Assembly (NCBI GenBank): GCA_965215605.1
Contig: OZ244070.1
Coordinates: 512,001 to 576,000, forward strand
From: an uncultured Candidatus Binatia bacterium
Lineage (GTDB): Bacteria; Desulfobacterota; Binatia; UBA9968; JAJDTQ01
Reading direction: 5' to 3'
DNA: 64,000 nucleotides
The first letter of the stretch is position 1; the number at the start of each line of letters is the position of its first letter. A model generated the notes under the pieces. The model was not told the origin of the DNA. It saw nothing but the letters and a program-made list of their open reading frames with translations, and ran no database searches. A program made the position numbers and the translations under genes. Shown here in pieces: positions 1 through 9,286 of this stretch.

Positions 1-1
1 C

Positions 2-259
2 CGCCATTCCACCACCGACCAAAGCGCCTGCTGTCGCCAACCCGGAGGTCAGCCCGGCGGCCGACAGGCCCGCCACGGATCCCCCGAAGTAGAGGGCGGT
101 GAACGATGCCGCGCCACCCAGTGTGCTGCCTACTGCCGCAGCCGCCGCATCGACCACCTTTGGGTGATCGCGGCCGAGCTTATCCATCGCCTCCTTTAGT
201 GCTTTGTGTGCTTCGTCCTTCATCCGCTGGACTTCTTCGGGCCTAAGATCGTCTCCCAT
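2..259 (-). CDS. Glycine-zipper membrane protein, N-terminal part (runs off the window)
   Basis: Not in ORF track. ATG at 259 preceded by GAGGG. Translates MGDDLRPEEVQRMKDEAHKALKEAMDKLGRDHPKVVDAAAAAVGSTLGGAASFTALYFGGSVAGLSAAGLTSGLATAGALVGGGMA with no stop. Confidence 0.7.
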   Translation of the reverse strand, partial: MGDDLRPEEVQRMKDEAHKALKEAMDKLGRDHPKVVDAAAAAVGSTLGGAASFTALYFGGSVAGLSAAGLTSGLATAGALVGGGMA

Positions 260-285
260 AATGATATTCCCTCGTTGAAAGAGTG

Positions 286-432
286 GCGTTCGACGTTGCG
301 CGCAATTTTCGCGTGCTAATACGCGGTATTGGTCTTCGGCAAACGACTACCTCGCCTGCACGAATGCCCGTGCCAGAAACACCCGTGGACGAAGATGACA
401 TTCCGGCTCGGACCAAACACAATGTCCGGGGT
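286..432 (-). pseudogene. vsr: Very-short-patch repair endonuclease (Vsr) internal fragment with in-frame stop
   Basis: Minus strand reads TPDIVFGPSRNVIFVHGCFWHGHSCRRGSRLPKTNTAY*HAKIARNVER, matching Vsr motifs PD, FxHGCFWH and W-x-x-KI-x-x-NVER. TAG at 316-318 replaces the conserved Trp. No N- or C-terminus. Confidence 0.85.
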
Positions 433-591
433 CTCCTATTCCGCGTGCCGGAACACTATCGCTTTTTCTTACATTAAATCAACTTATTAGGGACACTCTC
501 CATCCAGAGTGCAGGGGCTGTTCAAGGCCCAGGTGCCATTTGGGCACCAATTCATTTCCGGGGCATGCGCACAAACAGAAAATCCCTCATC

Positions 592-620
592 TTGAGATAT
601 GATAGGTGAGTGGTTACACT
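592..620 (+). promoter_or_regulatory. Putative sigma70 promoter of higBA, probably leaderless mRNA
   Basis: TTGAGA-17 nt-TACACT. ATG follows 6 nt after the -10 box and there is no RBS. Confidence 0.5.
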
Positions 621-626
621 TGACAG

Positions 627-905
627 ATGATACGAAGCTTCCGCCACAAGGGTCTCAAGCTCCTGTTCGAGAAGGGAGACCGGCGGAAGGTACAATCGGG
701 CCATGCAGACAAGATCGGACGCATACTCGCGCGCCTCGAAGAGGCGTCGGAGATCGGCAACATGGACCTGCCGGGCTTCCGGCCGCACCCCCTCAAGGGC
801 GATCTTGCAGGTTTCTGGTCGGTCACGGTGTCGGGCAATTGGCGTGTAATCTTTCGCTTTGAAGGCGGCCACGCCGGCGACGTGGACCTGGTCGATTACC
901 ACTAG
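627..905 (+). CDS. higB: HigB-type RelE-superfamily toxin (plasmid maintenance killer protein)
   Basis: MIRSFRHKGLK...HPLKGDLAGFWSVTVSGNWRVIFRFE...DLVDYH; toxin-first order with HTH antitoxin downstream. Confidence 0.93.
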   Translation: MIRSFRHKGLKLLFEKGDRRKVQSGHADKIGRILARLEEASEIGNMDLPGFRPHPLKGDLAGFWSVTVSGNWRVIFRFEGGHAGDVDLVDYH

Positions 906-917
906 GAGGAATATGCC

Positions 918-1213
918 ATGGCGATGAAGAATCCGCCGCATCCAGGGCTTTCGGTGCGGCACGATTGCCTGGAGCCCTTGGGGCTGAACGTCACGGAAGC
1001 GGCCAAGCGCTTGGGCGTCAGCCGCAAGCAGCTTTCCGACATCGTGAACTGTCACGCGGGCATCTCGCCTGAAATGGCAATCGCCTTCGGCTCGACAAGG
1101 CCTTCGGAGGCGGCCCGGACACGTGGCTGCGACTCCAAGCTGCCTACGACCTGGCCCAAGCGATGAAGCATGTCGATGAAATCAAGGTCGAACGGCTGTC
1201 ACCCGCGGCCTGA
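918..1213 (+). pseudogene. higA: HigA antitoxin (HTH-XRE), frameshifted
   Basis: MKNPPHPG...[17 protein letters not shown]...ISPEMAI, then 5 extra nt (GCCTT, 1083-1087). The canonical C-terminus [25 protein letters not shown]...* continues in another frame to TGA at 1211-1213. Confidence 0.85.
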
Positions 1214-1238
1214 GGAGCCGGGGCCAGCAGCGGCCGGG

Positions 1239-1988
1239 TCAGCCGGCGATCTTGAGGACCAGGGCTTTCGGCCCGGCGCCGTGCCGGGCATAGGAGCCGA
1301 GCGGCGTGTTGTGAACCTGGAAGCCTGCCTCCTCCAGGTGGGCGGCGGTTTCCGGGCAACCTTCCGGCAGGATCGCGTTCCGGCCGGTGACCAGCGCGTT
1401 GCATCCCAGGCGCGTCGCATCATGCGCATCAACGGGATGGAGACGAGGCACTTGGTCGTGGAGCGCCTTGCGTGCGCTCGGGTCGAAGGCGTCCGGATGG
1501 AACAGCGCGCTGCCTTGGCCCAGCGGGCACAGGCAAGTGTCGAGGGGCCGGTCCCAGGCGTCGGACAGGCGAAGGGAGCGGATCTCGGCGCCAAGGACCC
1601 TGGCGACGGCTGCGTGGAGGGCCAGGTCGTCGTCGGACCGATACCCCGCGAACATGGTCCCGTTCACGACCACCAGGTCCCGCTCGCCTTCGAAGCAACA
1701 GTCTTCCGAGAGCCTCGGCGTAGCGTAGCCCCGCACCAGAAAGAAGTTCTCCCACGCTTCGGCTTCGGGCCGCCTCGAGTCTTCCCGAAACCGGCTTGCG
1801 ATGAAGGAGTCCTGCCAGACGAATCCGCCGCTCCCGGCCAGCACGAGCCTGGGCATATCGGGCTTGGGCTCCAGCAGGTCCACCTGCACATCCAGATCCT
1901 CGCGCAGAAGCCGGTAGAGGCCGCGCCACTCGGCCATGACGGCGGGCGCGGGCTCATAGTGGAGCGGCGGGCACATCAGGACCTTCAT
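1239..1988 (-). CDS. Pentein-fold (amidinotransferase/DDAH-like) protein lacking catalytic His and Cys
   Basis: LMCPP, FEGERD, LDTCLCPL, LGCNAL motifs. PLDT replaces HLDT; GAGPKAL replaces GGxxKCL. Confidence 0.8.
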   Translation of the reverse strand: MKVLMCPPLHYEPAPAVMAEWRGLYRLLREDLDVQVDLLEPKPDMPRLVLAGSGGFVWQDSFIASRFREDSRRPEAEAWENFFLVRGYATPRLSEDCCFEGERDLVVVNGTMFAGYRSDDDLALHAAVARVLGAEIRSLRLSDAWDRPLDTCLCPLGQGSALFHPDAFDPSARKALHDQVPRLHPVDAHDATRLGCNALVTGRNAILPEGCPETAAHLEEAGFQVHNTPLGSYARHGAGPKALVLKIAG

Positions 1989-2009
1989 TGGCGCCTCTCC
2001 ACCCTCCCC

Positions 2010-2990
2010 TTAGCGGCCGCTGTCCGGAAACAGTCCGGCGACATTCTCCCCCAACAGCTTGCGCTTGGCGGCGGCGCTTGCCCTGACCGCCTTCACGATG
2101 GACACCGCGTCGCCCAGCCGGTCGATGGTGGGAAAGTCGCTGCCCATGAGGACTTGGTCTTCGCCCACCATGTCCATGGCGAAACGGATTTCCCCGGGAC
2201 GCCAGAACGGCGGCGCGGTGTCGATGAAGATGCGGTCCCGGAACTTGTCGAAGTAGCCCTGCTCGCGCTTGTCCCAGAAGGATGGGTTGAGCCGATTCCG
2301 CAGCGCGAACCAGGCGCCGCCCAGGTGGGTGAAGACGAAGCGCAGCTTCGGGAACTTCTCCAGCGTGCCGCTCAGCATGAGGCGCACGATGTTGATGGTG
2401 TTGTCCATGGCGCGGCCGAGGTTGCGGGTGAGGTTGAACTGCTCCATGCCGTGGGGGTGGGCCAGCGGCAGTTCCGAGGATGGGTGCACGAAGATCGGGA
2501 TGTCCAGGTCCGAGACCAGCCGGTAGAACGGATGGTAGCGCTTGTCGTCCAGCAGCGCGCCGCGAATATGCGTGTTGATGCCCACGCCGCGGAAGCCCAG
2601 CTTTTGCACCGCGCGCTTGAGCTCCCGGCGGCCGCCGGCCTCCAGGGCGGGCACGTGGGCCAGCGGGATGATGCGGCCGGGGAAACGCTCGGCGACCTTG
2701 GCCATCTCGTCGTTGATGAAGCGCGCCGCCGGGACGTCGATCCAGTCCACCCAACAGCCCACGTGGAGCACGGCCCGGTCGATCCCCACCCGGTCCATCT
2801 CGTCCATCTGCGCGGCCATGTCCGCGGTCATGGCGGGCGGGCCGAAGAGCTGCACCCCGTCCCGGCGGATGGCGAGTCGGTCCGGCCGCCGCACGACGGT
2901 CTCTCCGGCGCGGATCAGAGGTTTCGGGTTCCGGTAGTGCTCCTCCGGCATCCAGTGGTGGTGCGCGTCGATGATCAGCGTCTTCGGCAT
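2010..2990 (-). CDS. Amidohydrolase_2 family protein (ACMSD/decarboxylase-like)
   Basis: IDAHHH, IFVHP, THLGG, MGSDFP, LGENV motifs. Confidence 0.9.
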   Translation of the reverse strand: MPKTLIIDAHHHWMPEEHYRNPKPLIRAGETVVRRPDRLAIRRDGVQLFGPPAMTADMAAQMDEMDRVGIDRAVLHVGCWVDWIDVPAARFINDEMAKVAERFPGRIIPLAHVPALEAGGRRELKRAVQKLGFRGVGINTHIRGALLDDKRYHPFYRLVSDLDIPIFVHPSSELPLAHPHGMEQFNLTRNLGRAMDNTINIVRLMLSGTLEKFPKLRFVFTHLGGAWFALRNRLNPSFWDKREQGYFDKFRDRIFIDTAPPFWRPGEIRFAMDMVGEDQVLMGSDFPTIDRLGDAVSIVKAVRASAAAKRKLLGENVAGLFPDSGR

Positions 2991-2999
2991 GGGGTCTCC

Positions 3000-4283
3000 T
3001 CAGGCATCCGCGCCCCTGCTCGGGGCTACGATCCAGATGCACGCCAACGATAGCACACACAGGACAATACCGATCCAGCCCGAGCTGGCATAGCTGCCCG
3101 AAAGGTCGTGCAGGTAGCCCGCCAGCCAGGGGCCGACGCCCGCGCCCATTCCTATGCTGAAAGCCAGGAAACCGATGATCGAGCCGAAATGCTCGCCATG
3201 AAAGATATCGGCGGCGATGGTCGGATAGAGCCCTTGGCGCGACCCGAAACCCACGGCGAACAGCGGCGGGTACAGAGACACCACCATGATCTCCGACATC
3301 CCGTCGAGGTTGAGGATCACCAGGAGACCGCCCACCAAGGCCAGGCTGCCGATGGTGTAGGCGCGCTCGCTGCCGATCCGGTCCGAGAGCGTCCCCATGC
3401 CGATCATGGTGAAGGTAGTGAAAAACCCGGTGAGGCCCAAGACCCAGGCGCCGAACTCCCGCGAGAGTCCCGCGTCCACCATGGCAGCCACCTGGTGCAC
3501 CAGCACCATGTGCACCGGGATGGCCCCCAGCACGAACCCCCCGGCCAGCGCCCAGAACCGGTAGTTGCGGAACGCCGCGGCGAGAGTCACGCCGCCTTCC
3601 CGCGCCCGGCGCGGACCTCCGCTTCCCGCTGCGGTGGTAGCACCGAAATCCGGAAGCAGCCCCATGTCCTGCGGCTGGCGCCGCTGGAAAAGCAGGTTGA
3701 GCGGCACCACCGCCGCCACCATCACGCCGGCCAGCATCAGATACGCGTTGCGCCAGCCCAACGTGACGATCAGCCACTCCGTGGCCGGCACCACCAGAAA
3801 GATCCCGGCGCCGATGCCCGAAGCCGCGAGGCCCATGGCCATGCCGCGCTTGCGAACGAACCAGTTGCTGATGACCGTGGCCTGCGACGTCATGGGCAGC
3901 GCGGCGAAACCGAGCCCCACCAGAAGCCCCATGCCCAGGTAGTAGTGCCAGACGGCCCGGGTCATGGCGCTCACAATGAAGCCCGCCGCCATGAGACCGG
4001 CACCCGCCGGGAACACGACCCTGGGGCCGAGCCGGTCCAGCATGTGCCCCCAAGCCGGCGCGGAAACGGTCCACGCCACCGAGCCCAGGGCCAGCGCGCC
4101 GGCCGCCAACCCCCGGCTCCACTGAAACTCATCGATGACCGCCACGAAGAAGAGCGCGAACGCCGCGCGGCACCCGAAGGCAGCGGCAACCGTCATGAAC
4201 GAGATGCCCAGCACCACCCACGGATACGTGCGGTTGAGCCGTACCGTGCGAGCCGAAGCGGAATCGGCGGTTAAGGTTTCCAA
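3000..4283 (-). CDS. MFS transporter
   Basis: About 12 hydrophobic helices; GHMLDRLGPR and GTLSDRIGSE motif-A copies. Confidence 0.9.
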   Translation of the reverse strand: METLTADSASARTVRLNRTYPWVVLGISFMTVAAAFGCRAAFALFFVAVIDEFQWSRGLAAGALALGSVAWTVSAPAWGHMLDRLGPRVVFPAGAGLMAAGFIVSAMTRAVWHYYLGMGLLVGLGFAALPMTSQATVISNWFVRKRGMAMGLAASGIGAGIFLVVPATEWLIVTLGWRNAYLMLAGVMVAAVVPLNLLFQRRQPQDMGLLPDFGATTAAGSGGPRRAREGGVTLAAAFRNYRFWALAGGFVLGAIPVHMVLVHQVAAMVDAGLSREFGAWVLGLTGFFTTFTMIGMGTLSDRIGSERAYTIGSLALVGGLLVILNLDGMSEIMVVSLYPPLFAVGFGSRQGLYPTIAADIFHGEHFGSIIGFLAFSIGMGAGVGPWLAGYLHDLSGSYASSGWIGIVLCVLSLACIWIVAPSRGADA

Positions 4284-4316
4284 GTGGATGGTATCCGGTG
4301 TTCTCGGGCCGGCCGC

Positions 4317-5396
4317 CTATGACAACCTGGGGACAATCTCGTCGCTCAGGAACCGGATCACCGAAGCGTAGTCCCGGCCGAGCTTGGCGAAGGATATCTG
4401 TTGGAACCCGAGACGCTCGGCTTCGGCCGCGAGCTCCAGGATCGGTTCCACGCAGTCCGACGGCCGGCCGGCCACGAAGCAGGCCCGCGGCATGGCGTCG
4501 GTCACCAACTCCCTGGAGGCCTGCTCGATGGTCATCCCCGAGTGAAGAGCCTCCCGGATGCGGTTGACCTGATCGTAGTCGATGCCGATGCGCGCGAACT
4601 CCTCGGGGCTGTACCCCAGGGCCTGGAGGCTCACCATGTGGTGGGCCGAGTACTTCTTGGCCTCGGCCAGCGCCTCCTCCGGCTCCTCCGATACCGCCAG
4701 GTTGATCTCGCAGACCTTCCGCAGCTTCTTGTCGGGATCCACCGCACGGGCGGCTTGGTCGGCGCCGGCCATGGCCTGCTCAAGCCGGCCGAGCTTGTGC
4801 ATGGAAATGAAATAGCCGCCCATGAGCACCCCCTCCATGGTCTCGCCGGCGATGGCCAGGAACCGGGGTCCGACGCCGCCGCCGTAGAAACGCACCGGAG
4901 CGGCGGGAGGACGCACCAGCTCGATGTGCCCGCGGGGGTTCATGTGGAAATAGTCGCACAGGACGGGATACTCGTCGAAGCGCACCCTTTCGCCGCGAAA
5001 CAGCGTGCCCAGGAAACCCACCGTTTCCCGGACCACGCGGAAGGGCTTGGTCATCTCCAGGTACTGCGGCACCTGACCCTTGCTGCCCTTGGCGATGCCG
5101 AGGCTGATCTCGCGGCCCTCGGTGAGCTCCGAGATGGCCAGCACCGAGTCGGCCACGTCGATGGGATTGCGGAAATACGGCACCAGGATGGCGGTGCCGA
5201 CCTTGAGGGGCGCGCGGGCGGCGATGGCCGTCGCGACGCTCAACACGTTGCGGTAACGGAGCGAATCGCTGAGCCAGACTTGCTTGAAGCCCCGTTCGGC
5301 TCCAAGCTCGGCCAACTCCACCAACTCCCGCGTGGTGTAGTAGGAAGCCGCCTGCAGCACGAACTGGAGCCCGAACTCCCCCGAAAATATCGCCAT
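4317..5396 (-). CDS. LLM-class (luciferase-like, Mer-like) flavin/F420-dependent oxidoreductase
   Basis: AERGFKQVWLSD, VGTAILVPYFRNP, ISELTEGREISLGIAKG, GPRFL motifs. Start moved to ATG 5396 behind GGGGAGGGG. Confidence 0.85.
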   Translation of the reverse strand: MAIFSGEFGLQFVLQAASYYTTRELVELAELGAERGFKQVWLSDSLRYRNVLSVATAIAARAPLKVGTAILVPYFRNPIDVADSVLAISELTEGREISLGIAKGSKGQVPQYLEMTKPFRVVRETVGFLGTLFRGERVRFDEYPVLCDYFHMNPRGHIELVRPPAAPVRFYGGGVGPRFLAIAGETMEGVLMGGYFISMHKLGRLEQAMAGADQAARAVDPDKKLRKVCEINLAVSEEPEEALAEAKKYSAHHMVSLQALGYSPEEFARIGIDYDQVNRIREALHSGMTIEQASRELVTDAMPRACFVAGRPSDCVEPILELAAEAERLGFQQISFAKLGRDYASVIRFLSDEIVPRLS

Positions 5397-5526
5397 CCCC
5401 TCCCCCTTTCGGCATGACGTCCCATGGGGGGATGTATCCCGATTCCGACACGGCCTGCAAGGCCACCGCAATCGTCAGGAGCCGGGATGGCGGGTTCGAA
5501 TCACGCGCTCCGGATTCGGGATGCCA

Positions 5527-6423
5527 CTAGGAACCGGCGGCGTGACGCTCTTCCCGGAGTGCGGCGATCCGGTCCTCGATGGGGGGATGGCTGGCAAAGA
5601 GCATCCGCAGCCCGCCCTTGCGCACGCCGGAGATTCCCATTGCCGCCAATTGTTCCGGCATGTGCTCGGGCTCCACGCTCCGCTGGAGCGCCTGGAGGGC
5701 GCCGATCATGCTGGCCTTGCCCGCCAGATACGCGCCGCCGGCGTCGGCCCGGTACTCACGCCGGCGCGAATACCAGCAGACCACCATGCTGGCCAGGACT
5801 CCGAGAAGGATCTGCGTGACGATCACGGTGGCGAAGTAGCCCATGCCGTAGCCCCCTTCGCCGTCCCGGTGGAGCGCGCGGTCCACAATGTATCCGATCA
5901 CGCGGGAAAGGAAGATCACGAAGGTGTTGAGGACGCCCTGGATCAGGGTCAGCGTCACCATGTCGCCGTTGGCCACGTGGCTCACCTCGTGGCCCACCAC
6001 GGCCGCAGCCTGCTCCGCGTTCATGGCCCGCAAGAGGCCCGTGCTGACCGCCACCAACGATTTGTTACGGCTCGGGCCGGTGGCAAAGGCGTTGGGCTCC
6101 GGGGAATCGTAGATCGCCACCTCGGGCATGGTGATGTTCGCGGCCCGGGCGTGATCCTGCACGGTCTTGACGAGCCAGATCTCGGTGTTGTTCCGGGGCT
6201 GATCGATGACCGTCAACCCCATCCATCTCTTGGCCGTCCACTTGGAGATGGCCAGGGAGATGAAGGCGCCGCCCATGCCGAAGATGAAGGAAAAGGCCAG
6301 TAGCGGCCAGAAGTCGACGCCGTATTGAAAAAGCAACCAGTCAAGGCCGAGCACGCGGAGCGCAACGGCCAGCACGAAAAGTATCGCAAGGTTGGTGATT
6401 AGAAAAAGAAAAGCGCGTTTCAT
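5527..6423 (-). CDS. htpX: Membrane zinc metalloprotease HtpX
   Basis: LFLITNLA, PNAFATG, GHEVSHVANGDMVT, SRRREYRAD, FASHPP. Confidence 0.96.
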   Translation of the reverse strand: MKRAFLFLITNLAILFVLAVALRVLGLDWLLFQYGVDFWPLLAFSFIFGMGGAFISLAISKWTAKRWMGLTVIDQPRNNTEIWLVKTVQDHARAANITMPEVAIYDSPEPNAFATGPSRNKSLVAVSTGLLRAMNAEQAAAVVGHEVSHVANGDMVTLTLIQGVLNTFVIFLSRVIGYIVDRALHRDGEGGYGMGYFATVIVTQILLGVLASMVVCWYSRRREYRADAGGAYLAGKASMIGALQALQRSVEPEHMPEQLAAMGISGVRKGGLRMLFASHPPIEDRIAALREERHAAGS

Positions 6424-6568
6424 GGAACTGTTCCCTTCCTGTCGCGAATATCAGCCCTCGACAACCAGTCTACAATGCAGACCCTGCCGAATCAATTTCG
6501 CCGGGCACCCGGGACTTCGAAAAATTTGATCATTCGTGCCGGCGAGTAAAGGGATCGTTCCACCTCGC

Positions 6569-7789
6569 CTATTCGATTTCCCGCACCGTGGGCAGCCGCA
6601 CGAGGCCGTAGAAGGCCATCATCGCCACCAGGAAACCGCCCAGGGCCACCGCCGCCGGCGCTCCCGCGTACTCGGCCACAGCGCCCGCCACCGCGCCTCC
6701 CAGGGGCATGAGGTCCCAGGTGAGGCCGAACAGCCCCAGCACCCGGCCGCGCAGCTCGTTGGGGAGGTTGAGTTGCAAAATCGTGTTGATGGAGGTCAGG
6801 TAGATCTGGTTGAACAACCCGAGCAAGAAGATCAGTCCCAAGGACAAGGGAAACGACGACGAGTAGGCGAACAGAATGAGCAGCGTCCCGAAGGTCGCCG
6901 CCCCCGCCAGCACCTGCCACCCCCTGCGCCCGGCCTGGGCCAGATAAGCGACCGTCAACGTGCCCAGCAGCGCGCCCACGCCGGAGGACGACTGGAGCAG
7001 CCCGAACCCGCGGGAGTCCACCAGCAGGATATCCCGGGCGAAAACCGGCATCAGGATGACGAAGGACATGCCGAAGATACTGTTGAAGCAGGTGAGTCCC
7101 AGCAGGCTGTAGAAGAGCTGGTTCCGGCGGACGAAGTCGAGGCCGGCGAGGATATTGCGCCACACGCCGCCCTGCGGCTGCCCGACCAGAGGACGGCTCC
7201 GGATGAACCCCCACAGCGCCACCGCCAGCGCCGAGCTCACGAAGCAGGCGATAAAGGTATGGCCGACGCCGAACCAGTGAATCAGCAAGCCGGCGAGCCC
7301 GGGGCCCACAAGACGGCACGCCTGCCACACCGAGCTTCCCAGGGCCACCGCATTGGCGATCTCCTCACGCGGCACCATCTCCGGCAGCAGCGCGTACCGG
7401 CTGGGCCGGTCGAAAGAACGCAGGAAACCGGAATTGAACGCAAACACGAGCACGTGCCAGAAGGCGATGCGCTCGGTCAGGATCAGCAGCCCCAACACCA
7501 GGTAGGCCAAGGCCAGCATAGACTGGGTGAGCACCATGATGCGGCGCTTGTCGGCCCGGTCCGCGATGGCCCCGCCCACGAGCACCAGCGAAACCCGCGG
7601 CACGGCGTAGGCGATCCCGGCCACCCCCAGCATCAGGGGCGAGTCCGTCAGCAGAAACACCAGCCAGGCCTGGGCCGCCATCTCCATGTTGAGCGCCAGC
7701 ACCGAGGAGAGCTGCCCCAACCAGTAGAAGCGGTAGTTCCTGTGGCGCAGGCCGGCGAACAGCCGGCCAAGCATGGTTTCGGATTTCAT
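6569..7789 (-). CDS. MFS transporter (DHA3/MFS_3-like)
   Basis: LRHRNYRFYWLGQ, GAIADRADKR, PNELRGRV; about 12 TM segments. Confidence 0.9.
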   Translation of the reverse strand: MKSETMLGRLFAGLRHRNYRFYWLGQLSSVLALNMEMAAQAWLVFLLTDSPLMLGVAGIAYAVPRVSLVLVGGAIADRADKRRIMVLTQSMLALAYLVLGLLILTERIAFWHVLVFAFNSGFLRSFDRPSRYALLPEMVPREEIANAVALGSSVWQACRLVGPGLAGLLIHWFGVGHTFIACFVSSALAVALWGFIRSRPLVGQPQGGVWRNILAGLDFVRRNQLFYSLLGLTCFNSIFGMSFVILMPVFARDILLVDSRGFGLLQSSSGVGALLGTLTVAYLAQAGRRGWQVLAGAATFGTLLILFAYSSSFPLSLGLIFLLGLFNQIYLTSINTILQLNLPNELRGRVLGLFGLTWDLMPLGGAVAGAVAEYAGAPAAVALGGFLVAMMAFYGLVRLPTVREIE

Positions 7790-7875
7790 CAGCGGCTTTG
7801 TTTCCAGGGGCCTTTTGGGTATAGAACCCGATGGGCGCGCCGTCCACCGAAGGGCACTCCACGGAGAATGAATCG

Positions 7876-8940
7876 ATGAAAGTGAGCCTTTTTACCGAGG
7901 TGCAGTGCCCGTCGGGAAGCGTTCCCGCCGAGTTGCTGCAGCAGTTTCTCGAACAGGCCGAGCTGGCCGACAACCTTGGCTACGACGGTTATTGGGTCGC
8001 CGAGATCCATTTTACGCCCAGCTTCTCTCTCCTGTCCGCCCCTTACGTGGTGCTGGGGGCCGCCACCCAGCGGACCCGCAACCTGCGCCTCGGGGTCGCG
8101 GTCAACACCCTGCCCGTCCATCACCCCATGCAGCTTGCGGAGCAGGCCGCCACCCTGGACGTGCTGAGTAACGGCAGGATGTGCTTCGCGGCCGGCGGCG
8201 GGCATCCCCACACCCGGGCCTACGAATGTTTCGGCGTGGAGCACGAGCACGTGCGGGACCTCATGGAGGAGAGCATCGAGGTCATCCGGCTGGCCTGGAC
8301 CCGGGAGGCCGTGGAGTACGAGGGACGGTTTTTCCGGATCCCCAGCATCGTCGCCAACCCCAAGCCCGTGCAGCAGCCCCACCCGCCCATCTACACCGCC
8401 GCGAGCTCCCTCGACGGCGTGAACTTCGCCGCGCGAATGGGCCTCAACCTGTTCATACCCGTTCACGTGCGGACAGCGGAGGAACTGCGCGAATTCTCCG
8501 CCGTCTACTGGGAGGCGCTGGCGGCCCACGGCCACGACCCGGAAGAGCACGAGCTCGGCCTGCTCCTGCCCATGCACGTCGGCGGCACCGCCGCCGAGGC
8601 CGAGACCCGATCCGAGGCCGGAGTCATGAGCTACTACGACGTGATCCGGGAAACCCGCGGGAGCTACGCCCAGTGGCTCATGTCGCAGGGACGGCCGCTG
8701 CCCGACCGGCTGCGGAAGAACGCCGCCGCCGGCAGCCTGTCCTTCGACCGGGTGTGCAGCGAGTTCGCCGCCATCGGCACGGCGGACCGGGTGGTGGAAA
8801 GGATCGGTGAACTGGCTCGCGACACCGGCGCGGGCCACGTGCTGGCGTGGATGAACATCGGCAGCGTCTCCCACCCCCACATCAAGGAGTCCATGCAGCG
8901 CTTTACCGAGGATGCCTTGCCCGCAGTGCGGGCGATCTAG
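7876..8940 (+). CDS. LLM-class flavin-dependent oxidoreductase
   Basis: GYDGYWVAEIHF, LAEQAATLDVLSNGR, PKPVQQPHPPI. Start ATG 7876 after GGAG. Confidence 0.92.
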   Translation: MKVSLFTEVQCPSGSVPAELLQQFLEQAELADNLGYDGYWVAEIHFTPSFSLLSAPYVVLGAATQRTRNLRLGVAVNTLPVHHPMQLAEQAATLDVLSNGRMCFAAGGGHPHTRAYECFGVEHEHVRDLMEESIEVIRLAWTREAVEYEGRFFRIPSIVANPKPVQQPHPPIYTAASSLDGVNFAARMGLNLFIPVHVRTAEELREFSAVYWEALAAHGHDPEEHELGLLLPMHVGGTAAEAETRSEAGVMSYYDVIRETRGSYAQWLMSQGRPLPDRLRKNAAAGSLSFDRVCSEFAAIGTADRVVERIGELARDTGAGHVLAWMNIGSVSHPHIKESMQRFTEDALPAVRAI

Positions 8941-9248
8941 TGTCCCGGCCGGGAACCTGCTTCGTCCTCTGCCGAGGCTTCGGCTTCTTCCCGCGCCGCC
9001 CGTGCCCGCGGTCGTAGCGCGTCTCCCAGACGGCCCAGCACCACCAGGATCAGCCCGGCGCTGACGGACACCGTGGCGATCAACAATGCCACCCCCGCCT
9101 GGGTAGCGTGGAAGGTGCTTTCGCTCGTCAGGGCCGCGGACACGGCGTAGACGCCATACCCCGCCGCCAGGGCTCCCCAGGCAAACAGCACCGATGCCGC
9201 CAACGCCATCACGGAACCGAACCTCACATAAAGCCGGCGGCGAGTCAA
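8937..9248 (-). CDS. Small two-helix membrane protein, unknown function
   Basis: Two long hydrophobic segments and a charged tail; fills the gap between annotated genes. Start uncertain. Confidence 0.55.
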   Translation of the reverse strand: MTRRRLYVRFGSVMALAASVLFAWGALAAGYGVYAVSAALTSESTFHATQAGVALLIATVSVSAGLILVVLGRLGDALRPRARAAREEAEASAEDEAGSRPGH

Positions 9249-9286
9249 TGTGGACCCGGCCGGCGAAAGTTGCTAGCTAGTGATAC

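Noticed and set aside
283-477. 64-aa plus-strand ORF
   Set aside because: It is the antisense shadow of the vsr fragment.
558-597. Possible group IIC intron 5' remnant (U-rich tract then GTGCG on the minus strand)
   Set aside because: Only a few bases match, the upstream stem is poor, and there is no RT or domain V.
1170-3053. Long antisense or alternate-frame ORFs (also 1954-4122, 14889-16811, 26721-28952, 33899-36256, 50187-52517, 55131-57182)
   Set aside because: They overlap well-supported genes, show no motifs, and are expected from stop-codon scarcity in high-GC DNA.
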